Shown here one piece after another: positions 9,820 to 19,198 of a stretch of DNA of 44,045 bases. Positions within the stretch are counted from its first letter, which is position 1. Each line of letters begins with the position of its first letter. The translations under genes were made by a program, and so were the position numbers. Location of the stretch: assembly GCA_022737715.1 (NCBI GenBank), contig JAIITD010000001.1, positions 1 through 44,045 of the forward strand, written 5' to 3'. The notes beneath the pieces were generated by a model. It saw nothing but the letters and a program-made list of their open reading frames with translations, did no database searches and was not told the DNA's origin. The stretch comes from Veillonella sp. Its GTDB lineage: Bacteria > Bacillota > Negativicutes > Veillonellales > Veillonellaceae.

Positions 9820-10794
9820 CTATTTTCGCGGGCGTATAGAAACATCGCCTGCAACAATTCGTTTAACTTCTCCATTAGTCGTTTTTACCAATAAATTTCC
9901 ATCGTCATCGATATCAGTTGCCACACCTTCATAGGTATTCCCCGGTGCTCTAACCTCAATTTCTTGATTCAAAGTAACGCTCAACTTACGCCATTCATTT
10001 AGGGTATCCTCAAATCCACTATCTAGCACATCGTAATATTGGTGTTCTAATTCTTCTAAGATGATTTTGAAAGCTTCTGTCCGTTCAATATCAACGCCTT
10101 CCATTAAGAGAGAAGTGGCGATTTGTTTTATTTCTTCCGGTAGCTCTTCTTGTTTCGTCTTAACATTGACCCCTATGCCCATAACGATATAGGAAATTTC
10201 CTCCATCGATCCAGACATTTCCGTCAATATACCAACAAGCTTACGACCATTTACCAAAATATCATTCGGCCATTTAATACCTGCATCAGCAAGCCCCATT
10301 TTGTGAAACGCCTTGGTAAGCGCCACAGCAGCCATCAACGTACATTTAGGAGCCTCCGCAGGGGGAAAATCAGGTCGGAGAATAAGACTAAACCACAAGC
10401 CTTTTCCAAAGGGAGAATACCAACCACGAGACAAGCGGCCACGTCCAGCAGCCTGTTCCTCTGTAACGACTACGGTACCTTCCTCAGCGCCTTGTTGCGC
10501 CAATCTACGAGCTTCTAAATTCGTTGATTCAGTTGTATCCATATATACATATCGTTTACCAAAAATATCGGTATTCAATATTTGTTTCATTGCTAATGGG
10601 CTTAACAAATCCGGTTCCTCCAACAAACGATAACCACGCTTTGTATAGGACTCAATTTTATAGCCCTTTTGTCTTAGTGCTTTTATATGCTTCCAAATGG
10701 CAGTTCGTGATACATGACATGCTTCAGACATATCTTGACCTGAAACAAAGTCACCTTGATTCTGTCTTAAGAATTCTAGTACTTCATCACGCAT
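9820..10794 (-). CDS. birA: Bifunctional biotin-protein ligase / biotin operon repressor
   Basis: N-terminal HTH (SGQDMS...SRTAIWKHI), GRGR, KWPND, KLVGIL. Start moved from 10872 to the ATG at 10794, which has SD AAAGGGG and an upstream promoter. Confidence 0.95.
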   Translation of the reverse strand: MRDEVLEFLRQNQGDFVSGQDMSEACHVSRTAIWKHIKALRQKGYKIESYTKRGYRLLEEPDLLSPLAMKQILNTDIFGKRYVYMDTTESTNLEARRLAQQGAEEGTVVVTEEQAAGRGRLSRGWYSPFGKGLWFSLILRPDFPPAEAPKCTLMAAVALTKAFHKMGLADAGIKWPNDILVNGRKLVGILTEMSGSMEEISYIVMGIGVNVKTKQEELPEEIKQIATSLLMEGVDIERTEAFKIILEELEHQYYDVLDSGFEDTLNEWRKLSVTLNQEIEVRAPGNTYEGVATDIDDDGNLLVKTTNGEVKRIVAGDVSIRPRK

Positions 10795-10829
10795 GATAAG
10801 GCCCCTTTCTCTTGTCGGTTTACAATTCG

Positions 10830-10858
10830 ATTGTACAAGTGGGCCCTTGAAAAAGCAA
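10830..10858 (-). promoter_or_regulatory. SigA promoter for birA-coaX
   Basis: TTGCTT-17 bp-TACAAT. Confidence 0.65.
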
Positions 10859-11009
10859 GTGTTATTTATCAATTTAATAAATAATCATTCAAAAAAATGC
10901 AAAAAATCTAGATTTTTATACCCCATTAGGTAGACAAATAGATTAATGAATGATATTACAGACCATTAATAGTATAATGAGTTAAGGATGATAATATTAA
11001 GGAGTATTA

Positions 11010-12353
11010 ATGAAACGATTTACATTAGAAGAAAAAAATGAGGTCCTGGAGACCCCCTTTATCCATATTCATAGAAAATTGGATGTATTATTAAATATTG
11101 CTAAATTACTAATGGAATGCGGTGCTGACACGGTACGAATAGTATCGGAAATCCAACAGGCTGCTACATTTATGGGGATTCCACACAATTATTTAAATAT
11201 TCACATTAGTTATACAACGATTATGATTAATATTTTTCATGAAGAACGCTCTATAACAGTTTTCCGAAAAACGCCAATCCACATACCGAATATGGCCATG
11301 ATTAATGCCATATCAAAACTCACCTGGCGAGCTTTTGAACGCCATTATTCTTTAACTACCTATGAACGTTTAGTTGAGAAACTACAACAAACGATTCCCG
11401 TCTATCCAGTCTGGTTAAAAGGTATTGCTTGCGCATTAGGATCTGCCGGTTTAGCTTACTTATACAGTGCGGATATTATTGCATTAGTAGTAACATTCAT
11501 CTGTTCATTATGTGGCTATTTTATGAGGGTCGTATCTCAGCGCCTTGGATTTAATGAATATTTAGGCAACGCTATCTGCGCCTTTACGGCCATGTTTATT
11601 GCCTATGGTTTCTATACCTTCATCGAGTTAGGATCACTTGTATATGTCCTCGTCTGTTGTACCCTCTTTATGATTCCAGGTGTACCACTTATCAACTCTG
11701 TCATCGATACAATTAATAACCACATTTTATCCGGTATAACACGAGCCATCCGAACATTACTTATCGTGGGCAGCATGACACTCGGTATGGCGATGGCACT
11801 TTACTTCAGTCCATTGCCGGCATTTAACTTTGTGGATATTAAACCTCATATTTTTTCTATAGCACAGATTATTGGTTCCTTTGTTTCCGCCGCCTCATTC
11901 GCTGTACTATTTAATTCACCAGCTCGCCTATTACCCTATATCGGGCTAGGCGGTGTCGTTTGCGTAGTAATTCGTAACTTAATGCTTTTAGAATACGGAT
12001 TTGCCTTACCTGGCGCTACATTCATTGGTGCAGCCCTAATGAGCGTCATCTTTGTCAAACTCTCCACATGGCTACGAACATCTGGTCCGGTACTAGTCGT
12101 ACCATCAGCTATCGCACTGATGCCCGGCATTTTGCTCTATCGTTTTCTATTTGATATATTACACATAAACTCACTAAACGAATCAGGTCTATTGTACATG
12201 GCACAAAACGGGACGACTGGCATTCTATCTATTGTGGGTATCGCAGTCGGTGTGGCTGTGCCAAATGTACTAGCCCAACGATACCTTCAAAAACGAAAGA
12301 ATCAACGCACTCAAAAATTGATGGCTACGAGACATGCCTGTGATGGACAATAG
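11010..12353 (+). CDS. ThrE family threonine/serine exporter (two-domain fused form)
   Basis: N-terminal LMECGADTVRI motif, about 10 TM helices, MIPG and LMPG repeats; SD AAGGAG. Confidence 0.85.
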   Translation: MKRFTLEEKNEVLETPFIHIHRKLDVLLNIAKLLMECGADTVRIVSEIQQAATFMGIPHNYLNIHISYTTIMINIFHEERSITVFRKTPIHIPNMAMINAISKLTWRAFERHYSLTTYERLVEKLQQTIPVYPVWLKGIACALGSAGLAYLYSADIIALVVTFICSLCGYFMRVVSQRLGFNEYLGNAICAFTAMFIAYGFYTFIELGSLVYVLVCCTLFMIPGVPLINSVIDTINNHILSGITRAIRTLLIVGSMTLGMAMALYFSPLPAFNFVDIKPHIFSIAQIIGSFVSAASFAVLFNSPARLLPYIGLGGVVCVVIRNLMLLEYGFALPGATFIGAALMSVIFVKLSTWLRTSGPVLVVPSAIALMPGILLYRFLFDILHINSLNESGLLYMAQNGTTGILSIVGIAVGVAVPNVLAQRYLQKRKNQRTQKLMATRHACDGQ

Positions 12354-12378
12354 CAAGGAAAACAACTATATATACAAC

Positions 12379-12404
12379 AAGGGGCTGTTTTCTTACAGCC
12401 CCTT
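12379..12404 (+). terminator. Terminator of thrE (copy 1 of a duplicated 26-mer)
   Basis: AAGGGGCTGT-tttctt-ACAGCCCCTT followed by TT. Confidence 0.75.
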
Positions 12405-12420
12405 TTATATTGCCTTACAT

Positions 12421-12524
12421 ATACATACCTATTTTAAAATAGAACAGGCCTGTTCTATTTTTTAGAAGCACCATACATACCTTTCCTAAATTAGTACACG
12501 CCTATTCTATTTTTTAAGAGCCCA
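12421..12524. repeat. Two degenerate 52-bp tandem direct repeats
   Basis: 12421-12472 versus 12473-12524, 41/52 identical by manual alignment. The first unit holds the perfect palindrome AAAATAGAACAGGCCTGTTCTATTTT. Confidence 0.8.
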
Positions 12525-12624
12525 TTTATTACATACTAAAAGTGGCCTTCGGGGCCCTTTTTGCTTAGAAATACCAAAAGCTACTAGTTGATTTCATATA
12601 ACCAACTAATAGCTTTTTAAATTT

Positions 12625-12650
12625 AAGGGGCTGTTTTGTTACAGCCCCTT
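12625..12650 (-). terminator. Terminator-like hairpin after ftsH (copy 2 of the duplicated 26-mer)
   Basis: AAGGGGCTGT-tttgtt-ACAGCCCCTT, 25/26 identical to 12379-12404. Confidence 0.7.
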
Positions 12651-12659
12651 AGTTATGTA

Positions 12660-14570
12660 TTAAGATTGTACATCAGATTCTGTAGAGCTTGTCTTAGTTT
12701 CTTCAGTAGCATTAGGCATGGAAACCATCGCATCCATATGACTTGCTGTAGGCGCTTTTGTTTCATCAGGAGCCTTAGTAGTACCATATTTATGAAGATT
12801 TTCAACAGCCTTAGCATCAATAGTTTCTTCTTCTAATAAAGCCTTTGCCATATTGTGTAAGAAATCCATGTTATCTGTTAAGAGTTGTTCTACATCGCGA
12901 TATGCTTCATCTACAATATGATGAATTTCAACATCGATTTTACTTGCAACTTCTTCACTATAGTTGCGTTCATGACCAATATTTTTGCCGAGGAATACTT
13001 GCTCTTGTTGTTCACCAAATACAATTGGTCCCAACGTATCGCTCATCCCCCAACGAGTAACCATAGAACGTGCCGTATTCGTTACACTTTGTAAATCACC
13101 AGATGCGCCCGTACTGATATCGCCAAGTACAAGAGCCTCTGCAATACGACCACCAAGTGCTACGCGTATGTCCGCCAATAGTTGTGCTTTAGTCTTATAA
13201 TCATGTTCCTCTTTAGGTAACATCATTGTATAACCACCAGCATAACCGCGTGGAATAATCGTTACTTTATGAACAGGGTTTGCATGTGGCAATAAATGAG
13301 CCACGATGGCATGACCAGATTCATGATAAGCAGTCAATTTGCGATCCTTTTCGCTCACAATGTGACTGCGGCGTTCAGGACCCATGCTAACCTTTTCACT
13401 GGCTTCTTCCAATTCAGCCATGGTGATAACCTTTTTATTTAAGCGCGCAGCTAACAATGCAGCTTCGTTTAACAAATTGCTCAAATCAGCACCAGTAAAA
13501 CCAGGTGTCTTTTTCGCAATCGTTTTTAAGTCTACATCATCTGCTAATGGTTTATTACGTGCATGAACCTTAAGGATTGCTTCACGACCATGAAGATCTG
13601 GACGTCCAACAACAACTTGTCTATCAAAGCGGCCAGGACGCAATAATGCAGGGTCCAAAATATCTGGTCGGTTAGTTGCTGCAAGGGTAATGATGCCTTC
13701 ATTGGCACCAAAGCCATCCATTTCAACAAGTAATTGGTTTAGCGTTTGTTCACGTTCATCGTGACCGCCACCAAGACCAGCACCACGTTGACGACCTACC
13801 GCATCAATTTCATCGATAAAAATGATACAAGGCGCATTTTTCTTTGCTTGACCAAATAAATCACGCACGCGAGATGCACCGACACCGACAAACATTTCTA
13901 CGAAATCGGAACCGGAAATGGTAAAGAATGGAACACCGGCTTCACCGGCTACAGCCTTAGCTAATAAGGTCTTACCTGTGCCTGGAGGTCCTGCTAACAA
14001 GACACCTTTCGGAATGGTTGCACCAATACTTGTAAATTTACCTGGGTCCTTCAAGAATTCAACAACCTCTGTCAATTCTTGTTTTGCCTCTTCGGCACCA
14101 GCTACATCGCTAAATTTAACCTTTACATTACCATCGCCCATCATCTTAGCACGACTTTTGCCAAAGTTCATTACGCGACCGCCACCACCTTGGGTTTGTT
14201 GCATAATAAAGAAGAACACAACCACAAGGATAATAATAGGAATCGCAGAGCCTAATAAACTAACCCACCAAGAAGGTTGTTCAGGTGGTGCAGCAGTAAT
14301 CTCAACACCATTATCTGTCAACGTTTTAATCAACGTATCATCAGATGGAGCATAGGACACAAAATCTGTACCATTTTTTAATTTCCCTTTGATTCCATGG
14401 TCATTTGTAATCGTTACAGATTCAACCTTTTTTTGTTGTACCTGTTGAACAAAACCGGTATAACTCATTTCGGCCTTATTAGTATTCTGCCCTGCAAGAG
14501 AATCTATAGCGAAAACGGCAATTGCAATGATAAGTAAGTAAAGGACGAGTTTTTTACTAAATTGACTCAA
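12660..14570 (-). CDS. ftsH: ATP-dependent zinc metalloprotease FtsH
   Basis: Two TM helices, [15 protein letters not shown], second region of homology [18 protein letters not shown] start with SD AAAGGAG. Confidence 0.98.
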   Translation of the reverse strand: MSQFSKKLVLYLLIIAIAVFAIDSLAGQNTNKAEMSYTGFVQQVQQKKVESVTITNDHGIKGKLKNGTDFVSYAPSDDTLIKTLTDNGVEITAAPPEQPSWWVSLLGSAIPIIILVVVFFFIMQQTQGGGGRVMNFGKSRAKMMGDGNVKVKFSDVAGAEEAKQELTEVVEFLKDPGKFTSIGATIPKGVLLAGPPGTGKTLLAKAVAGEAGVPFFTISGSDFVEMFVGVGASRVRDLFGQAKKNAPCIIFIDEIDAVGRQRGAGLGGGHDEREQTLNQLLVEMDGFGANEGIITLAATNRPDILDPALLRPGRFDRQVVVGRPDLHGREAILKVHARNKPLADDVDLKTIAKKTPGFTGADLSNLLNEAALLAARLNKKVITMAELEEASEKVSMGPERRSHIVSEKDRKLTAYHESGHAIVAHLLPHANPVHKVTIIPRGYAGGYTMMLPKEEHDYKTKAQLLADIRVALGGRIAEALVLGDISTGASGDLQSVTNTARSMVTRWGMSDTLGPIVFGEQQEQVFLGKNIGHERNYSEEVASKIDVEIHHIVDEAYRDVEQLLTDNMDFLHNMAKALLEEETIDAKAVENLHKYGTTKAPDETKAPTASHMDAMVSMPNATEETKTSSTESDVQS

Positions 14571-14631
14571 AAAATTACTCCTTTCACATGTAATGTATAA
14601 CCTAATAATGCATAATGATATGCATTATTAT

Positions 14632-14640
14632 ATTATACCA
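14632..14640 (-). promoter_or_regulatory. Extended -10 promoter for ftsH
   Basis: TGGTATAAT. Confidence 0.65.
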
Positions 14641-14691
14641 TATAAGGCGAACAAATACTCGCCATTATTTAGTTATAAATATATTACCTCA

Positions 14692-15234
14692 TTATTGGTA
14701 AACAGATTCTTTCAAAATACCAATATATGGTAATTGACGATATTGTTCAGCATAATCAAGGCCATAACCAACAACAAAATAATCTGGAACTGTAAAGCCT
14801 ACATAATCGACATCTACATCCATTTTACGGCGTTCCGGTTTATTAAGAAGGGCAACAAGTCGAACACTCTTAGCGCCGCGAGCCTTCAAATTATCCAATA
14901 AATAGTGAAGGGTTGTGCCCGTATCTACGATATCTTCTACAACGAGTACATTTTTATCTTCTACGGAACGATCTAAATCTTTTAAAATACGGACCACACC
15001 AGTACTTGTTGTACCATCACCGTAACTAGAGCAAGAAATAAAATCGAATGATACATCTACTGAATCATCGATGGTGCGAGCTAAATCGGTATAGAAAACT
15101 ATAGCGCCTTTCAAAACGCCGACTAATACAACAGATTCATTAGCATAATCTTTGCTAATCTCAGCACCTAACTCACGAATGCGAGTTGCTAATTGTTCTT
15201 GAGAATATAAAATTTCTTTTACATCTTGATGCAT
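14692..15234 (-). CDS. hpt: Hypoxanthine phosphoribosyltransferase
   Basis: GVLKG, SSYG, VVEDIVDTGTTL, VVGYGLD. Confidence 0.97.
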   Translation of the reverse strand: MHQDVKEILYSQEQLATRIRELGAEISKDYANESVVLVGVLKGAIVFYTDLARTIDDSVDVSFDFISCSSYGDGTTSTGVVRILKDLDRSVEDKNVLVVEDIVDTGTTLHYLLDNLKARGAKSVRLVALLNKPERRKMDVDVDYVGFTVPDYFVVGYGLDYAEQYRQLPYIGILKESVYQ

Positions 15235-15258
15235 ATATAAGACCTCCCGGATCTATAT

Positions 15259-16275
15259 CTAATGTTTGCAATATACAAGTATTGTATCACATTGCGCGTT
15301 AATTGTAACTTTTTGTATGGTGAAAGTTTTAGCTTCCCCCGTACGTATGATATGGGCCAATTGTTCTTGATGCGCTAGGGATAATGAAACACTGGGTATC
15401 ATCAATTGCCACAATCGTCGCTGCATAGCGAGCGGTAGTGCCCGCATACGACGCCTGGATACCTGAAATCCATTATCTACAGATTGTACTAATTGTATAA
15501 ACAAGCGCTGGCTTTCACCATTAAGATACGCCTCATCAACTTGAGCAATATCACCCAATCTACATAAGGCATCTACTACATTGGGATTAATGGTTTGTAG
15601 CGTAGGAATTACGTCATGACGAATGCGGTTTCTATTATATTTCACATCTTCATTAGATGCATCCACGCAATATTCAATATCCTGTAAACGAGCATATTCT
15701 AGTATTTCATCTTTTGTAACCGCCAATAGAGGTCTAACTATAGGAACAGTGTAATCATGACTTATCACAGACATGCCGGTAATACCTTTGATACCAGACC
15801 CGCGCAATATGTGTGCTAAAATGGTTTCCCCTTGATCATCCTTATGATGAGCAGTGACAATATAATCATAATGTTCACGCTCAGCTAATTCATTGAACCA
15901 CTTATAGCGCTCGTATCGGCCAACAGTCTCTAACGACTCCTTTCGCTCCCCGGCTATAGTGGGAATATCCTTTTTAACACCCCAAAATGGCAAATTGTTC
16001 TTATTACAATAGGATGCAACCATTTGCAATTCACTTAGGCTTTCTCTGCGAATAGAATGATCCATAGTAGTAACGCCAATAGTCCACCGTGCTTTTCTAT
16101 GTACCTTTACATATTGCAAAACATTTAATAAGACCATAGAATCTGGGCCCCCTGAACAAGCAACTAATATTCGTGCCTCACAGGGAAATAAATTGTAATC
16201 TTTTAATGTCTTGTTAACCATTCTATGGAGTTGTTTGATTTGTTTAGGATTCGATTTACTGTGCTGTCTCATCAT
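15259..16275 (-). CDS. tilS: tRNA(Ile)-lysidine synthase (short form)
   Basis: SGGPDS, AHHKDDQGET, RPLL, DASN..RNRIR; in the tilS-hpt-ftsH syntenic block. Exact start is uncertain (overlaps the ppx end). Confidence 0.92.
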   Translation of the reverse strand: MMRQHSKSNPKQIKQLHRMVNKTLKDYNLFPCEARILVACSGGPDSMVLLNVLQYVKVHRKARWTIGVTTMDHSIRRESLSELQMVASYCNKNNLPFWGVKKDIPTIAGERKESLETVGRYERYKWFNELAEREHYDYIVTAHHKDDQGETILAHILRGSGIKGITGMSVISHDYTVPIVRPLLAVTKDEILEYARLQDIEYCVDASNEDVKYNRNRIRHDVIPTLQTINPNVVDALCRLGDIAQVDEAYLNGESQRLFIQLVQSVDNGFQVSRRRMRALPLAMQRRLWQLMIPSVSLSLAHQEQLAHIIRTGEAKTFTIQKVTINAQCDTILVYCKH

Positions 16276-17158
16276 AACTTGTAATCAATTCTTGTTGTAA
16301 TGCTTCCATACCATCTTGTTCACTTACAAAAATATGAGGCACCTCATAAGCATCCATAAATGATGTTAGTATTTCTGCACCACTTACAATAATATCTGCA
16401 CGCCCAGGCTGTAGTCCTGGTACATGTAAACGCTCATCACGGCTCATATAGCGCAGTTGTAAGATAATGCCTTCTATACATTCTCTAGAAAGCTTATGAC
16501 CTTGAATTTTATGGCCATCATATTCTGTCATTTTTAAATCAATAGCCGCTAAGGTTGTAATAGTACCTCCGATACCAATGAAATCACCGAACGTACCTTC
16601 TATCATCATGGGGTCCCATAAAAACCGTGTTTCTTCCCATACTCGTTGAGGGCCTTCATCCGAAAGAGGTCTAAGGCGTACCGCACCAATCGGATAGGAG
16701 CGACTCCAATAGATGCTATCTTTAGAACCGAGCGCCAACTCAGTACTACCACCGCCAATATCAATGGTTGCATAATGTAATCCGTCAGCTAAACGATCTT
16801 GTAAAGCGCCTTTAAATCCATAAACTGCTTCTTCATCACCACTTAAGATACGATACGTCATGGAGCAATATGTCATGGCTTGCTCCATAAACGCAATGCC
16901 ATTTGATGCTTCTCGAACGGCACTCGTTGCAAATGCAAGACAATGGTCTACGCCATAATCTTTCGCTAGAGTGGCTATTTCAGAAAACGCTTTATAAGAT
17001 GCATCCATCGATTCTGTCGTTAACGATCCATCTTCATTTCGTTTGCCTAATCGCGTTGTCCATAACCGCTTTGGTTCGTTATGCCATTGACCATCTGTAT
17101 AAGTTCCTAGTAATAATCGAATAGAATTAGAACCTACATCGATAATAGCAGCTTTCAT
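16256..17158 (-). CDS. ppx: Ppx/GppA family phosphatase (short form)
   Basis: IDVGSNSIRL, ATSAVREA, SGDEEA, DIGGGSTE, RADII. Confidence 0.9.
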   Translation of the reverse strand: MKAAIIDVGSNSIRLLLGTYTDGQWHNEPKRLWTTRLGKRNEDGSLTTESMDASYKAFSEIATLAKDYGVDHCLAFATSAVREASNGIAFMEQAMTYCSMTYRILSGDEEAVYGFKGALQDRLADGLHYATIDIGGGSTELALGSKDSIYWSRSYPIGAVRLRPLSDEGPQRVWEETRFLWDPMMIEGTFGDFIGIGGTITTLAAIDLKMTEYDGHKIQGHKLSRECIEGIILQLRYMSRDERLHVPGLQPGRADIIVSGAEILTSFMDAYEVPHIFVSEQDGMEALQQELITSYDETAQ

Positions 17159-17224
17159 AGTCGCCCCTCCTTATTATCCCTCTATGAATTACCCACTATA
17201 ATTGCAATTTTAAAGTATATGCAC

Positions 17225-17250
17225 AAAGAGATGGCCGAAACCATCTCTTT
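17225..17250 (-). terminator. Terminator after the S1-domain gene
   Basis: AAAGAGATGG / CCATCTCTTT stem. Confidence 0.65.
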
Positions 17251-17253
17251 ATT

Positions 17254-17655
17254 TTAATCGCGACGACCGCCACGGCCACCACGTTTACCTTCTGTATTGC
17301 GTTTTAAATCATGTAATCGCTCGTTGCTATCACGCAAGAATGATTTCATCTTTGCCTCAAAAGACTCTGCACTTTGTCGACTTTGTGCACGGCGCTCTGG
17401 ACGGCGTTCCTCTACTTGTGGTTTTTCTTGAGTTTGACGAATGGAAAGACCAATTTTACTACCATCTACAGATAAGACCTTTACCTTCACTGCATCTTGT
17501 ACTTTTAGTACATCGTTAATATCCTCTACATAGCCATGAGCTACTTCTGAAATATGAACTAAACCTGTTTGTTTATCACCTAAATCGATAAAAGCACCAA
17601 ACTTTGTAATACCGGAAACTGTACCGTTTAAAACGCTACCAACTTCGATTGCCAT
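17254..17655 (-). CDS. S1 RNA-binding domain protein (YabR-like)
   Basis: GITKFGAF..GLVHISEV S1 fold, FEAKMKSFLRDS, GRGGRR tail; follows divIC. Confidence 0.9.
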   Translation of the reverse strand: MAIEVGSVLNGTVSGITKFGAFIDLGDKQTGLVHISEVAHGYVEDINDVLKVQDAVKVKVLSVDGSKIGLSIRQTQEKPQVEERRPERRAQSRQSAESFEAKMKSFLRDSNERLHDLKRNTEGKRGGRGGRRD

Positions 17656-17712
17656 GCAACCTCCTAATAAAACCTCAAAATATAAACTAAAACTACACCA
17701 ATGATGACAAGA

Positions 17713-18039
17713 TCATTTTACATATGGCACTTCACCTGGTTTAACGAGGCCTAATTGCTCACGTGCTACATTTTCAATATTCTTAGGATCTTGTAGCTTT
17801 GCTTTTTCTTGTTCTAATTCATCATTTCTTTGTTGCAATTCTTGCAATTGTTGTTCAATATGTTGTTTTTCTTGATATATAGCTACTAAGCGATATGCTT
17901 GTCCAAGTAAAAGCATAACCATTACTGCAACTGCAATGCGTTTCACCCACATAATGACAATCTTACGATCTTCAGCGCGTCGATTTCGTTGCACCCGTCT
18001 ACGCTTTATCGGTTTTTCACGATGTTCAGATTGTTTCAT
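17713..18039 (-). CDS. divIC: Septum formation initiator DivIC/FtsB family
   Basis: Basic N-terminus, one TM helix, coiled coil, IENVAREQLGLVKPGE. Confidence 0.88.
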   Translation of the reverse strand: MKQSEHREKPIKRRRVQRNRRAEDRKIVIMWVKRIAVAVMVMLLLGQAYRLVAIYQEKQHIEQQLQELQQRNDELEQEKAKLQDPKNIENVAREQLGLVKPGEVPYVK

Positions 18040-18082
18040 GTAGCGCCCCCAAAAATAGTATTAACTATATACATAATAACAA

Positions 18083-18091
18083 ATTATACCA
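18083..18091 (-). promoter_or_regulatory. Extended -10 promoter for divIC
   Basis: TGGTATAAT. Confidence 0.6.
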
Positions 18092-18163
18092 CAGAACCCC
18101 TAGGAAATTATAGGTAGAAAATTGTATAAAAGTAGATTTATTTTAAAATATATTTAAGGTACA

Positions 18164-19111
18164 TTACATAGTTTCTGCTTTTTTTGCATATTCTCTAATA
18201 ACCGCACAGGATTTCTTAAATAAAGCCAATTCATCCTCTGTCATTTGTAATTCAAGAACATCTTCTATGCCATCCTTGCCAATGACAGCAGGTGTGGATG
18301 CAAAAACGCCTGTTTCCCCGTATTGCCCATCTAAATAACAAGAACATGGCAATACTTTTTTCTCATCATGGAATACAGAGCGAATTAACTCTGTGGTGGC
18401 ACTTGCTATACCAAATTCCGTAGAGCCTTTGCCTGCCAACACATGATATCCACCAATTTTAACATCATCTAAAACTTGTTTATGATCTAGTTCTGGAAAT
18501 CTATGAGGCAATTCTTTTTGCAATTCTACTAACGGCTTGCCTTGTACATACACATGGGACCATGGCACCATAGCACTTGCGCCATGCTCACCCATGCAAT
18601 AAGCAGTAATAGTTCGATTGCTAATATCGAATATATGAGCTAACTCTTTTTGCAATCTTGCAGAATCTAGCGCTGTACCTGACGAAATAATGCGCTTTGG
18701 ATTCCAATCTAAATGTTTACATAAATACGTAGCCACTACATCTGCTGGATTAGATATAGAAATAATAAAGCCCTTAAATCCAGATGCTTTAATTCGAGGA
18801 ATAACATCCTTTAGTACTGCGATTGTATCACCAAGGCTTTCTAGGCGATCTTGATATAAATTAGGTAGTGGACCTGCACTAAAAACAAGAATGTCACAAT
18901 CACCACATTCTTCAATCGGACCAGATGTAGCCGTTACACGATGAGGAATATAACTAACCGCATCATTAACATCCATAGCCTGTGCTTTAGCCTTCTTTTC
19001 ATCAATATCCATCATATATAACTCATCAACTTCGCCTTGCAAAGCTAAAGAAAAGGCTACATGCGAGCCTACATGTCCAGTTCCGATAATACCTACTTTA
19101 CGTAATTTCAT
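18164..19111 (-). CDS. L-lactate/malate dehydrogenase family (2-hydroxyacid dehydrogenase)
   Basis: GTGHVG Rossmann motif, SNPAD, GTALDSARL, GEHG, KGSTEFGIA. The substrate loop is atypical. Confidence 0.9.
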   Translation of the reverse strand: MKLRKVGIIGTGHVGSHVAFSLALQGEVDELYMMDIDEKKAKAQAMDVNDAVSYIPHRVTATSGPIEECGDCDILVFSAGPLPNLYQDRLESLGDTIAVLKDVIPRIKASGFKGFIISISNPADVVATYLCKHLDWNPKRIISSGTALDSARLQKELAHIFDISNRTITAYCMGEHGASAMVPWSHVYVQGKPLVELQKELPHRFPELDHKQVLDDVKIGGYHVLAGKGSTEFGIASATTELIRSVFHDEKKVLPCSCYLDGQYGETGVFASTPAVIGKDGIEDVLELQMTEDELALFKKSCAVIREYAKKAETM

Positions 19112-19148
19112 AAGGGCCTCCTCAATACCATTGTTTTATAAATAATTG

Positions 19149-19189
19149 AAAGGACTATTATAGCCACTTACTATAATAGTCCTTTTTTT
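19149..19189. terminator. Hairpin terminator between the ymgE-like gene and the dehydrogenase
   Basis: AAAGGACTATTATAG / CTATAATAGTCCTTT 15-bp stem. Confidence 0.7.
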
Positions 19190-19198
19190 AATATATTG

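Noticed and set aside
10811..10836. BirA operator upstream of birA
   Set aside because: Only one GTTTACA half-site; no partner at the expected ~15-bp spacing.
12442..12455. GAAC...GTTC as a LexA box
   Set aside because: The spacer is 6 bp, not the 4 bp of the Firmicute SOS box, and it lies between convergent gene ends.
12421..12575. Possible CRISPR array
   Set aside because: Only 2-3 abutting degenerate units, no unique spacers and no cas genes. Kept as an unexplained repeat instead.
14560..14573. AATTGACTCAAAAA identical at the ftsH start and upstream of cydA (41799-41812)
   Set aside because: The ftsH copy is constrained by the start codon and coding sequence and is AT-rich; probably chance.
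14648..14661. CGAACAAATACTCG as a LexA box at the ftsH promoter
   Set aside because: The right half has two mismatches in the GTTC core; too weak to call.
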